Shown: positions 13,997 to 26,900 of the stretch, one piece after another
How positions within the stretch are numbered: position 1 is the first letter of the stretch
How the letters are laid out: each line of letters starts with the position of its first letter
Origin: Thalia democratica
Lineage: Eukaryota
Assembly (NCBI GenBank): GCA_965202585.1
Contig: OZ241830.1
Span: forward strand, 32,984,001 to 33,048,000
Length of the DNA: 64,000 bases
Direction: 5' to 3'
The notes under the pieces: model-generated
The model's input: only the letters and a program-made list of their open reading frames with translations
What the model was told of the DNA's origin: nothing
Databases searched by the model: none
Position numbers and translations under genes: made by a program

Positions 13997-16290
13997 AGTG
14001 CAGCAGCATTTCAACTGTAGCTTTCTCAACAGCGTATTTTGATATATAAACACCAGTCATCCCGATCACTTACAATACCTAGATTACTAATGTTTGCAAT
14101 GATGGGTATTTCCCAAGTACAAAAAGTCGGCGGAGTGCAGAACTTTTGGTGAGTTAACGAGGCAAACATCAAATGTTACCAAGGCACGTTTGAAAACTAT
14201 TTTGTAAAATTCAATTTATAAGTATATTAATTTAACTAAATACCTAATTTAAATATTAAATTACTAATTAAGTCGTTTTACATACAGAGTGCAGCATTAT
14301 TTCAACTTAGCTTTCGCAACAGCGTATTTTGATATAATAACACCCGTCAGTCCGTTCACTAGCAATATCTAGGTTGATTGTGATTGTTATTATGGTTATT
14401 CCCCATGTGCGAATAAGTAGGCGTAGTGCAGGACTTTCGGTAGGGTTAACGAGGCAAGTATCAAGTATTACCAAAACATGTTTTAAATAATTTTGTAAAA
14501 TCTAATTATAAATATTTATAATTTTAAACTAAATGCCTTATTTAAATATATGATTAATAATTAAGTCGTTTTAAACACAGAGTGCAGTAGCATTTCAACT
14601 GTAGCTTTTGTATTAGCGTTTTTAGATATAGTAACACCCGTTAGCTCGATCACTGACAATACCTAGGTTGATTGTGATTTCGATTATGGGTATTACCCAA
14701 ATACAAATAAGTCGGCGGAGTGCAGGACTTTCGGTGGTTTAACGAGGCAAGCATGAAATGTTACCAAGGCACGTTTGAAAAATATTTTGTAAAATTCGAT
14801 TTATATATTTTCATCAATTTAAACTACATACCTTATTTAAATATTCAACAAAAAACATCGGCGAAAGTCTGCAGAACAGAAGTTTGGACTTTCGTTTGCT
14901 GTGAAACAAGCTCAAATTTAACAAAAGGGTTGATTATGCCAATTCGATCATCAGACCACAAGTTTCGGTAGACTGAGACCGACAAGATTATTTAAGTATT
15001 AAATTAAATTACTAGTTAAGTCGTTTTACACACAGAGTGCAGAAGCATTTCAACTGCAGCTTTCGCAACAGCGTATTTTGATATAGTAACACCCGTCAGT
15101 CCGATCACTATACCTAGATTTAATATTTTTGCAATGATGGGTATTCCCCATGTACGAATAAGTAGGCGGGGTGCAAGAATTTTGGTGGGTTAACGAGGCA
15201 AACATCAAATGTTACCACGGCACGTTTGAAAAGTATTTTGTAAAATTTGATTTATAGGTATATAAGTTTAAACTTTACGCCTTATTTAAATATTTAATTA
15301 CTAATTAAGTTGTATTTTACACATGGTGCACAGCATTTCAATTGTAGTTTTCGCAAAAAAGTATTTTGATATAAGAACTCCTGTCAGCCCGATCACTAGC
15401 AATATCTAGGTTGATTGTGGTTGTGATTATGGGTATTCCCCAAGTATAAATAATTCGGCGTAGTGCAGGACTTTCGGTGGGTTAACGATGCAAGCATCAA
15501 ATGTTATCAAAGCACGTTTGAAAAATATTTTGTAAAATTAGATTTACATATATTTATTAATTTAAACTATATGTTTTATTCAAATATTAAAATACTAATT
15601 CAGTCGTTTTACACACAGCGTGCAGCCGTATTTCAACTGTAGCTTTCGCAACAGCGTATTTTGATATAAGAACATCCGTCAGCCTAATCACTTACAATAC
15701 CTATGTTGATTGTGATTGTGATTATGGGTATTCACCCAGTACGAATAAGACAGCGGAGTGCAGGCTTTCGGTGGGTTAACGAGGTAAGCATCAAATGTTA
15801 CCAAGGCACGTTTGAAAACTATTTTGTAAAATTTTGATTTATAGGTACATAAATTTAAACTTTATACCTTATTTAAATATTAGATTCTTAATTAAGGGGT
15901 TTTACACAAATAGTGCAGCATTATTTCAACTGTAGCTTTGGCATTAGCGTATTTTGATATAAGAACACACGTCAGCCTGATTACTTACAATACTCAGATT
16001 ACATATGTTTGTAATGATGGGTATTCCCCAAGTACGAATAAGTCAGCGTAGTGCAGGACTTTCGGTGGGTTAACGAGGCAAGCATAAAATGTTACTATGG
16101 CACGTTTGAAAAATATTTTGTAAAATTTGATTTATAAATATTTATAAATTTAATCTAAATGCCTTATTTAAATAATCAACTTACTAATTAAGTCGTTTTA
16201 CACACAGAGTGCAGCATTTCAACTGTAGCTTTCTCAACAGCGTGTTTTGATATAATAACTACCGTCAGCCTGATTACTTACAATACCTAG
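13997..16290 (+). pseudogene. Degenerate multi-sushi (CCP/SCR) exon-intron array; each unit is one ~188-nt phase 1-1 exon plus a ~105-nt intron
   Basis: Consensus translation: (E)CSSISTVAFATAYFDIxTPVSPITYNTQITYVCNDGYSPSTNKSAEC-[frameshift]-DFRWVNEASIKCYQ(G). This shows the four-Cys, C-x-x-G-Y, W pattern of CCP modules. Units have a CAG acceptor and a G|GCACGT donor-like end. Every copy carries stops and/or frameshifts. Confidence 0.8.
14846..14987. mobile_element. 142-bp insertion into the array spacer with a ~13-bp target-site duplication
   Basis: Flanked by TTATTTAAATATT (14833-14845) and TTATTTAAGTATT (14988-15000). The other units have this motif only once. Confidence 0.6.
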
Positions 16291-17446
16291 ATTAAATATT
16301 TTTTCGAAGAAACGTGTTTTTTCAGTAGTACACGCAAAAAAAGTGGAAACTAAGGTTGATTTGAATCTATTGTAATGCAATGATATAATTGTTGTCACGT
16401 GTACAAAAATTCAGACTAACAGATACACTTACAAAGTATTTTACACGTACTTTGTTTAAATATAGTTTTTATCTTCAAAAGCATTGTTCACGAAACTGCG
16501 TATATGTTTCAAGTTTGGGATATTTACAATATAAAAGTTTGATTATGAATAACAAAGTTATGATTGTTTGAAAAATAATTAAATTAGAAAAAGTATTGCT
16601 CTGTTTAACTTAATAATTCAAAATTAGTTAGTGATCAGCTCAATTAGAAGTATAAAAAAAAGTTAATACTAACTTTATTGACCGAAATTTGATCTACAAG
16701 TTTAAATGATAGTTATTCAAAACTGTTTCAAACTAGTTTGATATGAATTAAAAATATACTTTCAAATAAAACTTCTATTTTAACCATATCATTTTTAAAT
16801 TTAACTATCATATTTTTAAAGTAAATAAGGTTTTACTAGTAAAATAAATGACGAGGCTTTGATTAAGTGTAAGTAATTAATTTAATAATGAGAATTATAA
16901 AAAGCAAGCTGTTAATTACAGTTTGTTTTTATTTTAATTTTAAAAATTTTTGCTGTACTCTGTTTTCAATACATATTTTTTTTTAAGAGTCAACTCTGGA
17001 TTTTTTAATCTTTATATTTTGTTTAGCGTAACTACTTTTATAAAAATCGGTTTATATATATATTATTTTGTTGAAACACATTAAACTTAAATGACTATTG
17101 ACCTTATGAAGAGCTCAAATTTAGCTATTAAAATTTTATTTATATTACTGTTAGAATTTTTTTATCTACAAATAGTGGTTTTAAGTCATGGTAAAAAATA
17201 AATGTTATCAATTTTATCTAATTTTTCTAAAAGTATTAATTGAGTTAATTTGCTACTGACAAACAATTCAACTTCAAAAACTAATTAAAGCTTTTGTTTA
17301 AATTAAAAAAAAAGCGGTTTTAACCAAATACTTTTCATTTAAATAACTCTTTTCCTATAAAATATAAAGTATTTTTAAACTAAAAAATTATTTAAAATAT
17401 TATGTTGATTCTTTTCCAAGAATGTAATTTAATTTTTTTTTTAATA

Positions 17447-18227
17447 CAGTAGACTACCGCTTAAGTACGCACTTTTTTTAGTACGCACCCCGCCTTAAGT
17501 ACGCTCTTAATCCAGAAATACAAAAAAAATTCTAAATTTTCTCTATATTTTTTTCTAAATTCTTTATATATTTAGATCAAATTTAAATAAACAAATAACC
17601 TGAATTATTGCTTTCACAGATTTTTTGCGAGAATCAATTCTCATTTCAGCATCGAAAATCCTAAGAAGTTCTCTCATATTATCACGGGAGACATATGTTG
17701 GCTTTGGTGGTGCAACTTTTTTTTAAATTTTAATGTGACATAATAAAAAACTAGTAAACAACAAAAAAGTTAAAAAAACCTACAAGTACAACATAGTTAA
17801 GTCATAATTTAATTTTAATGTACACACATTGATGTTTTGAAAATGTTTGGTAAACACAATGTAGTTTGGTACCTCCCTCTAACAATACGAAATATGGAAA
17901 AAATTGCTTAATTTTTTTTTTTATATCATTGACTGACATTGACTTTCTATATTAAATGTATGTATTAATTATGTAGAAACTTTTAATAGAAAAAAATATC
18001 ATTTTAAAATCTATTAAAAAATTTTGCAGATTAGAATTATGTATTTAATGTTATTCAAAATAAAAAGACTAGTTTATTTGGCTTAACTATTTAGTGGCTA
18101 GTTGTAAGAAAGAAAACAAACAACTAAATTTCATATTATACTATGTCGTCAAAAAGTACGCACTACCCGTGCTAAGTACGCACTTTTTGGTCGGGTTCAA
18201 TTTGCGTACTTAAGCGGTAGTCTACTG
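17447..18227. mobile_element. Tc1/mariner-pogo-type MITE, 781 bp
   Basis: Perfect 25-bp TIRs (CAGTAGACTACCGCTTAAGTACGCA and its complement at 18203-18227), a TA duplication on both sides, and subterminal AGTACGCAC repeats at both ends. Confidence 0.92.
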
Positions 18228-21200
18228 TAATTTTATTTCTATGGCAAAAAATTATTGTTGAGACAATAAGATAGATTTAAAACTAAATTTTAAAAAGTTA
18301 ACGAACATTAATCTAGTTTGTTTTTGTTAGATATAGACAACGAAACAGTCAGTTTGGGTTTCAAAAGTTCAAATAAAAAATATTTCCGCTATCTTTTTTT
18401 TAATTTACAATAAACTGGAATTTAAAAAGAAACTATTTTATCAAGACTTTTTGGCATTATATCACATAAGCTATAACAACATTTATATTTTTATATACCG
18501 GCTAAATAGTTTTTTGAATAATAAAATATCGAAGTAAAAAAAAAAGATCGAATGACATAATGTACAAAACATACCAAACTAAGTTATTACTGAATAGTAA
18601 TTAACTTTAATAGTTAGGTAACAGAATAGTTATTTCTCATATTAGAGTTTTTAAGAATAACAAAGATTTGAAAGCAGTTTAGTATAGTAATATTACCAAG
18701 TTATTTATACTTTTTTTCTTTCAATATTAATAATTTTCTAAATTTTAAAATTTTACAGACTAAACTTATGAATTTAATTTGTTTATAATGCTTCTATAAT
18801 TTACCTTTGCAGGCTTCGCTTAGTTTAAAGCATATCGGATATACTGTTATATGCCTGACTTAAGTAAACAATCTCTACTTTTATTTTAAATTGATATTTT
18901 CACTTAATTTAGCAAAGACGTTTTAGACTAGTTAAAGTAAAAATACTTGTTTTAAAAAACTTATTTAGGTTATTAAAATAACTAAAAACAAAAATAATAT
19001 TTTATCTAGAAAGTTGTATTTGTAGCTTTAATCATTTTTAAAGTGTTCAATAAAAAGCTGACTTGAGTATTCAACTCATTTATGCTGAACATTATTTTAG
19101 ATAAAACTTGCAGTACCTTAAAAAATAAAACTTGTTTTAATTCTTGTATTTTATATGAGCATAAAACAAAAACATATTTAAAAAGTAAAGCTTCTAACCT
19201 ATTATTTAATACGGTATATAAGTAATATCGTTAAATAAATTATATAATTAAACTAGAAAAATCATATGGTCCTAAAGAAAATGTTCATTAACTGTACTTT
19301 ACTTTAAAATTTACACTACTACTTTTTATATGTGAATATTTTTATTTATGCTTTTAGTTAACAATTAGTTTATCACAAGTTACATACATTAAACAATAAG
19401 TAAAAAAGATGCCAGTCAATGCGAATTAAAGTATCTAAACAAACAAATTTGGTTAATAAGTGTTTACGTTTAATTTAATAACGGTTTAGTTATTGCCGAA
19501 AACTAACGATTTACGTACAAATACAACAGAACAATATATCCGCTACAAGGCGCAAATGAGCAACTGGTTTTGTTAACAGCAGACGGAGCGTGAATTCAAA
19601 GCAGGGAATACAATACAATGTGCTATACAGCCAAAGGGCACACACGGCAGTGCAATTGATTAACAATGCTAAGCTGATTTATATTAGAAAATATTAGTCT
19701 GAGAATGATTTGTTAAACTTGTTTTTTTAAGTTTTAATTTTATTTTTGAAATTACATTCTTTTCAAAATTTAGCAGGTAGTTAGCAAAGCAGCAATAGAT
19801 TGATTAAAAAAAAATTGAAAAGTTTATTCAGGGTTGCTCGAGTAGCCGGTGTCTTTTGTTGATTTTTGAACTATTCGCTTGCACACATTGTGTTTTGTTT
19901 GTACAACTTGCTAGTGAATAGTTTTCAGCGGTAATGAAATATCAGTTTGAATTTTACTACGCTTTACTTTTGTTTGAATTAGTTTACGGTCTGGTTTTGT
20001 GCACAGTTTTGGTGAAATATGAAAATAATGTTTTATTACTTTTATACAACAATACTTTTTTTGACTTGTTTGTCAAAAACTCTTTTTTACTACAGATATT
20101 TTTAACAAATTACCTTTGGATGCATTGGTATAATTAACTAAATCTTTATTTAGTAAGTTTTATCTTACACTTACATGCGTATAATAAAACTAATTTCCGT
20201 TTTCTATTTTTCAGAAAGTGAATAATGTTTAAGTTTACAAATTAAAATGTTTTTTGTTTTAATTATTTTAAAATATTTAATAAGTTACAAAACATAAGTT
20301 ACTTAATTTAATTGATGTAAAAGTTCCGATGTTTATTAAAGTCCTTTCTTTCGTTAAATTTAAAATAAAAACCAATTTTAACCAGCACAAATGCTTAAGT
20401 CTTTATATAAAATGAAATTAGTTTGAAGAAGTCTTACAAACTTAAGATACAGCCAACAATTTATTTAAATTTTACATAAAGTAAATATACATAACAGATT
20501 CTGTTAGTGCTTCGGTATAAACTAATTGAAATTTATACTACAATAGAAATCAAGAAACTTTTTGAAATGACATTTTTTCTGGGTTTATTTGTTAAATATC
20601 TTACCTTTTGTTCAAAATTGAAAAACCACAAGTTAAATTACATAAAATGAACTTCACAACATTATGTTTTATATCATAAACAAAGAAAAAATACATAGAA
20701 GGAAAAACAAAGTAGAAGCGACATTTATTAGGCACATTTTTCTACTAAAACTTTAATTTTATGTAATTGCCTCGACCATTTAAAAATAGAAGTTTCAGTC
20801 GAACACGTACCTACAGCTACATGGATATGAATAGCACGCATTCTTCTACTTATGAGCGCTTAAAACCAGAAATTTTTCAGCTTTAATTCTCAGCAAGGCG
20901 ACCACGTAAAAGGGTTACGCCCAGTGCAAAGCTACCAGAGAAATTTTGCAAAAACTTTCGCGTTAAAATCGTCACGTTTACGACTGAAATATCGGAAATT
21001 TCACATCAAAAGTTGAATTTTTGTCTTGTACTTTAATTACCATAATCTATGTTACATTCGGTCGTAAAATTGAATTGATATTTGTAGTAAAATGCTTGTT
21101 ATGTGGTAGTTGGTAAAGATAATAAGCATAAGTAAATTTCAAAAAAGCTTTATATAAACATTGGTTGTTTGTTTTCTTAAGTCAAAACTGGAGTAAAACT

Positions 21201-23833
21201 TTATTAGTAAAAATGGTTCAACAAATGAATAAAAAATATAATATAATTTTTTTACGCATGCACTTTTACTTTTAGATGTAAAGTAATGAGCTAGACTGCT
21301 GGAGAGTTTTCAAAAGTGCATTATTGATTTTTTGAAAAGGTGTTTTGTTTACCTTAACTTTGTTTATATTTTAGTAAAAAAACAATTTATTAAATCTTTA
21401 AAAAAATAAGTACATTTGTAGGCAACTCGTGTAAAACAGAAATATTTTTGCATTATGTGTTACAAAAGTTTTTACTTCTCCAAGAAAATAAAAACTTTAA
21501 AACTTTTTATTATGTTTTGATTTGAAACATATTATTTACCGGTTTTTATTTTTATTTTATAAAATTAGCTAAGTTCAAGGTAAAAATACAGAAAGAAAAA
21601 TGTTTAACTTCAAGTTTACATAACTCCTTCACATATACATGTTAATCAAACATAACAGAATTTATCAGAACTGTTTTTAAATTTTATTAAAATAAAACTT
21701 TAGCTTTTAAAGAATCTAACATTTTGCATTTTGCATTTAACATGTTTGTTAAGAATAAAATAAAGCATTTTATCGTAAATATCTAGTTACATTTATTTTA
21801 TTGTGAACATTTCTTTTTGTTTAATTTTTGTACAACATTTTTTATAATTGTGTTTGTTTTTTGTAAAGTTTTTAATGTTCGGCATTTTAAATTAAACCAA
21901 ATTTAGCTAAGAATGTGTTTTATTTGTTTGTATACTTTTTTTTAACAAAATTTGAGAAATATAATAGTTAAAGTATTTATATTAGTTTGTATTAGATGTG
22001 TTTACTTATATTTAAAAAAGTATTTCTCAAAAATAAAAACATGATTTATGTAAAAGTAAACGTTTTAGAAGTTTGCGTTTTGGTTATAGATTTAACTTTA
22101 AATTAGTAAATATGTTTAAATAGTATAATGCTGTTTTATAACCTTTAGTTAAGCTATTTACTAAAAATTTGCTTAAAACAATTAAAGAAGTTGTTTGTAT
22201 TATTTTTTTACTCGACAAAAAATCTAAAAATAGCTAAGTAAAATGATTAAATAAAAAGCGAATAAATCAAACATGAATTAATAAATTAATAGTATTGTTA
22301 GTTTTATGAGTCAAACAAATACTGTAAAATATAAAGTGACTCATCTATAAAAGTCAAGGTCAGTGATACTCATCCAATTAGAGAGTTAAGAACTCAAAAT
22401 TAAAGGAAATTAGTAACGCCTATTTTGGTTATTGCAACACAAAAAGAAATACCTAACTTTTCTTGTTTGAGTTCAAAACTAGAAAAAACCAAATGTAAAA
22501 AAATACTTTTACACATACTTCGCTATGAATATTTAGTAAAACCATGCAAAACAATTGTATTTTCTTCAAACTAAGTTAATTAATGCCAACAATCGGTGAA
22601 ATTAATGCCACACTTCACGGAATGTTGCAATTCGTATTTCTCCTCTTAATCTTTCCACTTTCTTCTAAATACTAGTCAGTCTAGTGACAGCTGCTGCATT
22701 TTACGTCATTATCAGTCAGTTTTTATCGCTAGCTTGCTTCATTGTTATAAGTACGAAAAATTAGACAGCAATTTATTAGTTTTGCAGTTTATTTAGGTGT
22801 AAATGTAGTAAAAAAAAAACAAATTCATCTTTTAGTATGCTTTTTGTATGTTCATAGAAGTTTTTATTTGTAAACATTGTTTGTTTTATAGATTTCTATT
22901 ATAAACAAAGACGTGGTTTAGTTTGTTAATGTTTCTTTTTTAGTTTAAGAGGTATGAATGTTTAAAATCGTTTTTAAACATTTCAAGTGATTTTTGAGAA
23001 AAAAAGATTCTGTGTTTTGCTTTGAGAAAAAGAAACTTTTTTAAAACATATTTTTTTTGGATATTTTGCTTAAGAATATAAAAATGAATTAGTACAAAAT
23101 ATTAATTATAACTAATACCTTAACACTTTTCTTTACATTAAACATACCTGGTTTTGTTTATAAAGTTTAGTTTAATAATTAGTTGAATTTCATTTATTGA
23201 AAAAAAAATTTAAATCAAAGAGTAGAAGTTGAATGCTTTTACAATATATAGATGCAATTAAAAACTATTTGAATTATTGTATCAAGATTTACATTAAATA
23301 ATAATCGTTTCTTTTTCAGCTTTGGGTTTTTTAGCCCTTTTTGTTATCCGAATAACTTCGGTAACTACTTGTTAGTAATTTGCACATTCAAATAGTTCCA
23401 AGATTCTTGTATTTTATTTTGTTCCAGCACTGATGAAATTATTATAAGGAAACTCAAGTAAAAAACATTCAATTAAAGACAAAGATTACAAGGTAAGGAG
23501 TCATAAAATTTTCGTATAAAAACTAAGTAGATATAGAGTCATAATGTAGATGTAGAGTAACTATTGTAATTGCTTTTGTTACATTTAAAATGTCTGTAAA
23601 ATTTTCTGATCTAATTAATTTATTTTAGAATATATATCTTGATTTTATACATGATACAACTTATAAATTTCGTTTTTAAAATGTAGCTCCCTTTTTAACT
23701 GTAACAGCTATTTGCGTATTATTAACTCATCATTTAAAGTAAAACTCAATTTAAGGCTTAGCTGTTTTACCTTTTACTTAATAATGTTAGTTTACAATTG
23801 TTATATCACAGGAAAGAAATCAAAGAAGTAAAT

Positions 23834-23927
23834 ATGAGGTTTGCCTCATTAGGAAGCATTTTCCTTGCTCTACTATTGTTGTTAAGCTGCCACACTACTA
23901 ATGGACAAGATTCTACTGAGTCTAAAG
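23834..23927 (+). CDS. ITGB4: Integrin signal-peptide exon ([31 protein letters not shown])
   Basis: Hydrophobic core and a phase-1 donor that matches the PSI exon. An acceptor at 23811 implies an upstream non-coding exon or a trans-splice site. Confidence 0.85.
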
Positions 23928-26900
23928 GTTAAAAAGAATACTCCTTTAATGTATTTAAATCTGTGATTGGATATGTTTCAAAATTTGTTAGAAATTAGTT
24001 CCAAATAACCAAAATGATTGATTAATATATTGTTGATTTGATTTCCTTTAGATCTTTAATTAAACTCAACAGTTTGACTAGTTTTTGAAACACTAGTAAA
24101 TGAAAACCAAAACAAATATTATTGATGAAGTTTATAATTTTGAATTATTTTAAATCTTAGTTTAATTCAACCGTGAAATTTTTGTATTTATTTACTAAAA
24201 TAATCAAAATGTATGGAGAAAGACAAATATTTGACATATGCTCGTTAGAAAAGTTTACCTTAAGCAAAGTTTAACTTGTTTTGACTTAAATTTGCTTTGA
24301 TTGTAACATTTTTTGGTTTTGTATCTTTCTGAAAAAAAACTTGCTTTTAAAAAACGGCATTGTTCAACCTTTCACATTAAAGGTTAAAGCATGATTTATA
24401 AGTAGTTAAAAGTTGAAAAACTATACAACAAAACATATTTTTATTTTATGCTAAAGTGTTAATATAAAACGACAAAGTAAATAAAGTGAACAATTTTTTA
24501 AAAAGACTTTGTGAATGTCTTATGTGTAACAGAGATTAAAAATAGAATAAATTGTAAAAATTAATTTTATTTTTTATTCAAATCCTTGCAAAAAATACTA
24601 TTAAATGTAAAGTTTAAACAGCTGACTAAATATTCGCTAAAGATAAGCAAATGACAAAATGTATCAGTGTAAATAAATCTTTTTTGATGTATAAATGGTA
24701 AGAAGTAAAATTATTTTGCGGTTGTTATTTTTAAGACAGCTAAATTAATATTTTTTGTTTGTTTTAAAACATACAGAGTGCATAAAACCAAAATAATCCT
24801 TAAAATGGAAACTTTGCATTGAATAGATATTGTCACGTCTTAATTTAGTTAAACTGGTATGATATATATTTTTTCAAGGTTATATTTTTAGAAACTGTTT
24901 TTTAAATTTATCGAGAAACTTTTAATACTTATTCATTCAAGAGTACGTATTTTTAAACAAATCAGAATTAAAACAATTTTGACTTAAAACTGTAAAAAAT
25001 ACTAAACTTCATTAATACGAAACTCAAAAGAAAAGTTGTTTGTTTCATAGTGAAAACAGCTAGTGTTCAAAATATATTTTCCAGATATTTCTGTACTACG
25101 TGCTGCTTTTATTTGCTATTATTACGTCACAATCTAAACAATCATTTTGTTTCCCCATAGTAAGAATTTTACACAGCTAATCAATTATGCTTTTTCTAAA
25201 GGGTTTTGTACATTTTTTGATTTCTTGTTCAGTTTTTAAGGCACAAAATATTTTATTCATTGCGAAGAAAGCTTTTATGATAAAAATTTGCAATTGTTTA
25301 AATACAAATAATAAATGTTGTGAGTCAAACTATAAAAAAAACGTTCCTGTATTTGTTTTATCACAGTTTTATATTTAAATGATCAAAAGCGAGGGTTTTT
25401 TTTTGACAAACATAATTTAATAATATGTTGCTTAGTAAAACATTTATAATAGGTTACTGTAATTTCTTAACTAAAATCCTAGTAGTCACTATTTTAAGGA
25501 CAAGTTGAGCTTTTAAGATGTACTTAATCTATGGTGTCTTGTGTTTTTGTTTACTATTCCTTCAAAATAAAGTAAATGTTTATCACTTAGATACTTATGC
25601 TGGATAAATACTCAAGTATTTTTAAACAGATAAAGACAAAACAAACTTAAAATTGAAATTTTTCATGTTACCGCAAAACCTTTTTAGTATTTCAAACACT
25701 ATTAATTTTTTTTAATAATTAAAGAATATCTGCAAGAAATATATTATTTAAGACAATATAGTAAAATAGATAAAAACTGTAAAGAAATAACAAAAATCAA
25801 CTAAATAATTTTTCATTTCAGACCTGTGCAAAGCATCAGCTGGATGGCAATACTCCGCCTCCTCATCCAGGTATTTCTCCTCATCATCAGGAGGAGGTTT
25901 CTCCTACTCCATGTCGGAGTTAAGTGTTATTTGCGGGGATTCCCTCGTTCCGCAAGAGTGCATCAGAGCGCATCCGCAGTGCCAGTGGTGCGCGCAAGAA
26001 GTAAATTGATTTTATTAATTTCAAACTATTAAACTTTGTTGACCAAATATTTAGAGTGATTTTTATTTTAGGTTAATGAAAACTTTTACATAAGTTTACC
26101 AAGTATTTATAAAACTTTTCAACTATTTTGATGCACAAAAATTACTTTAAAATCATTTTTTAAGTCACATTTTTAACTCATAGTTTTATTTTTCCTTCTT
26201 ATTTTGGTATTTATCATGGTTCATTCTTAACTTTTATATTAATTAGTAACATTTTACAAACAAAACTTATCAATCATTTTGTAACAGTCTTAGTTTATTA
26301 TTATTCACGTTTGATAACTTAAAATATTATTACTTTTCATCAGTTGTTTCTTCAAAAGATCTTTGATAAAACTAAATTTTTTAATAATCTTTATAAACCT
26401 CAACATAGAGAAAAACTTGAATTTTTAGTTTAAAATCCTTTAACTTTTGTGAAAGCTTGCTTTTAAGTAAATACGTTTAAAGTTGTGGATATGTTTTAAA
26501 ATAGATAAAATTTCACAAAGTTAATAGAGTTTTTATTTCAAACTGTTTTTACTACTTCAAATGAAGCAGTTTAACTAAATTGTAATCAAAACTTAAAACA
26601 CTATTTTAAATAATTAAAATATTTTTTTTTAATACAAATTAGTTCATGATGCTTATATCTAGCTTAAACTTAAATTATATATATTTAATGAAGATTTATT
26701 GTCCAGAATTGTATTCTTTAACTGTAATCCAAAGTAAAACGGAAAAACCATAAAACACATAATTTATACTCTATACGGCTTTAGTATAATATCGAAATTC
26801 CTATATCATGTTCAAATATCCCAAAGTCATGAAGCGTAAGAAGAACTATCAATATGTTTAAACTTAGAATTTGTAGATTTTTTTTTGATAAAGTGAGAGT

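Larger units (their letters stand above)
13841..16335 (+). repeat. Tandem array of ~293-bp units (7 complete and 2 partial)
   Basis: A recurring GTCGTTTTACACACAG (intact or degenerate) ends at 13996, 14287, 14580, 15035, ~15325, 15618, ~15911 and 16207. Spacing is 290-296 bp except one interval enlarged by an insertion. Confidence 0.95.

Noticed and set aside
14846-14987. Hammerhead ribozyme (minus strand has CTGATGA and GAAA) or C/D snoRNA
   Set aside because: Stem II lacks the G-C closing pair and stem I cannot form. Box C and box D are not on the same strand in the right order.
13841-16335. CRISPR array, or a tandem snRNA/SL-RNA/5S/tRNA cluster
   Set aside because: The units are ~293 bp and homologous along their whole length with no unique spacers. 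I saw no Sm site, pol III A/B boxes or recognisable RNA. The sushi exon-intron reading explains the pattern.
19934-20137. Hydrophobic 67-aa ORF and nearby GC-richer islands (19500-19680, 20790-21060)
   Set aside because: T-rich composition explains the hydrophobicity, and I found no coherent splice structure or motif. They may be regulatory but I cannot support that.
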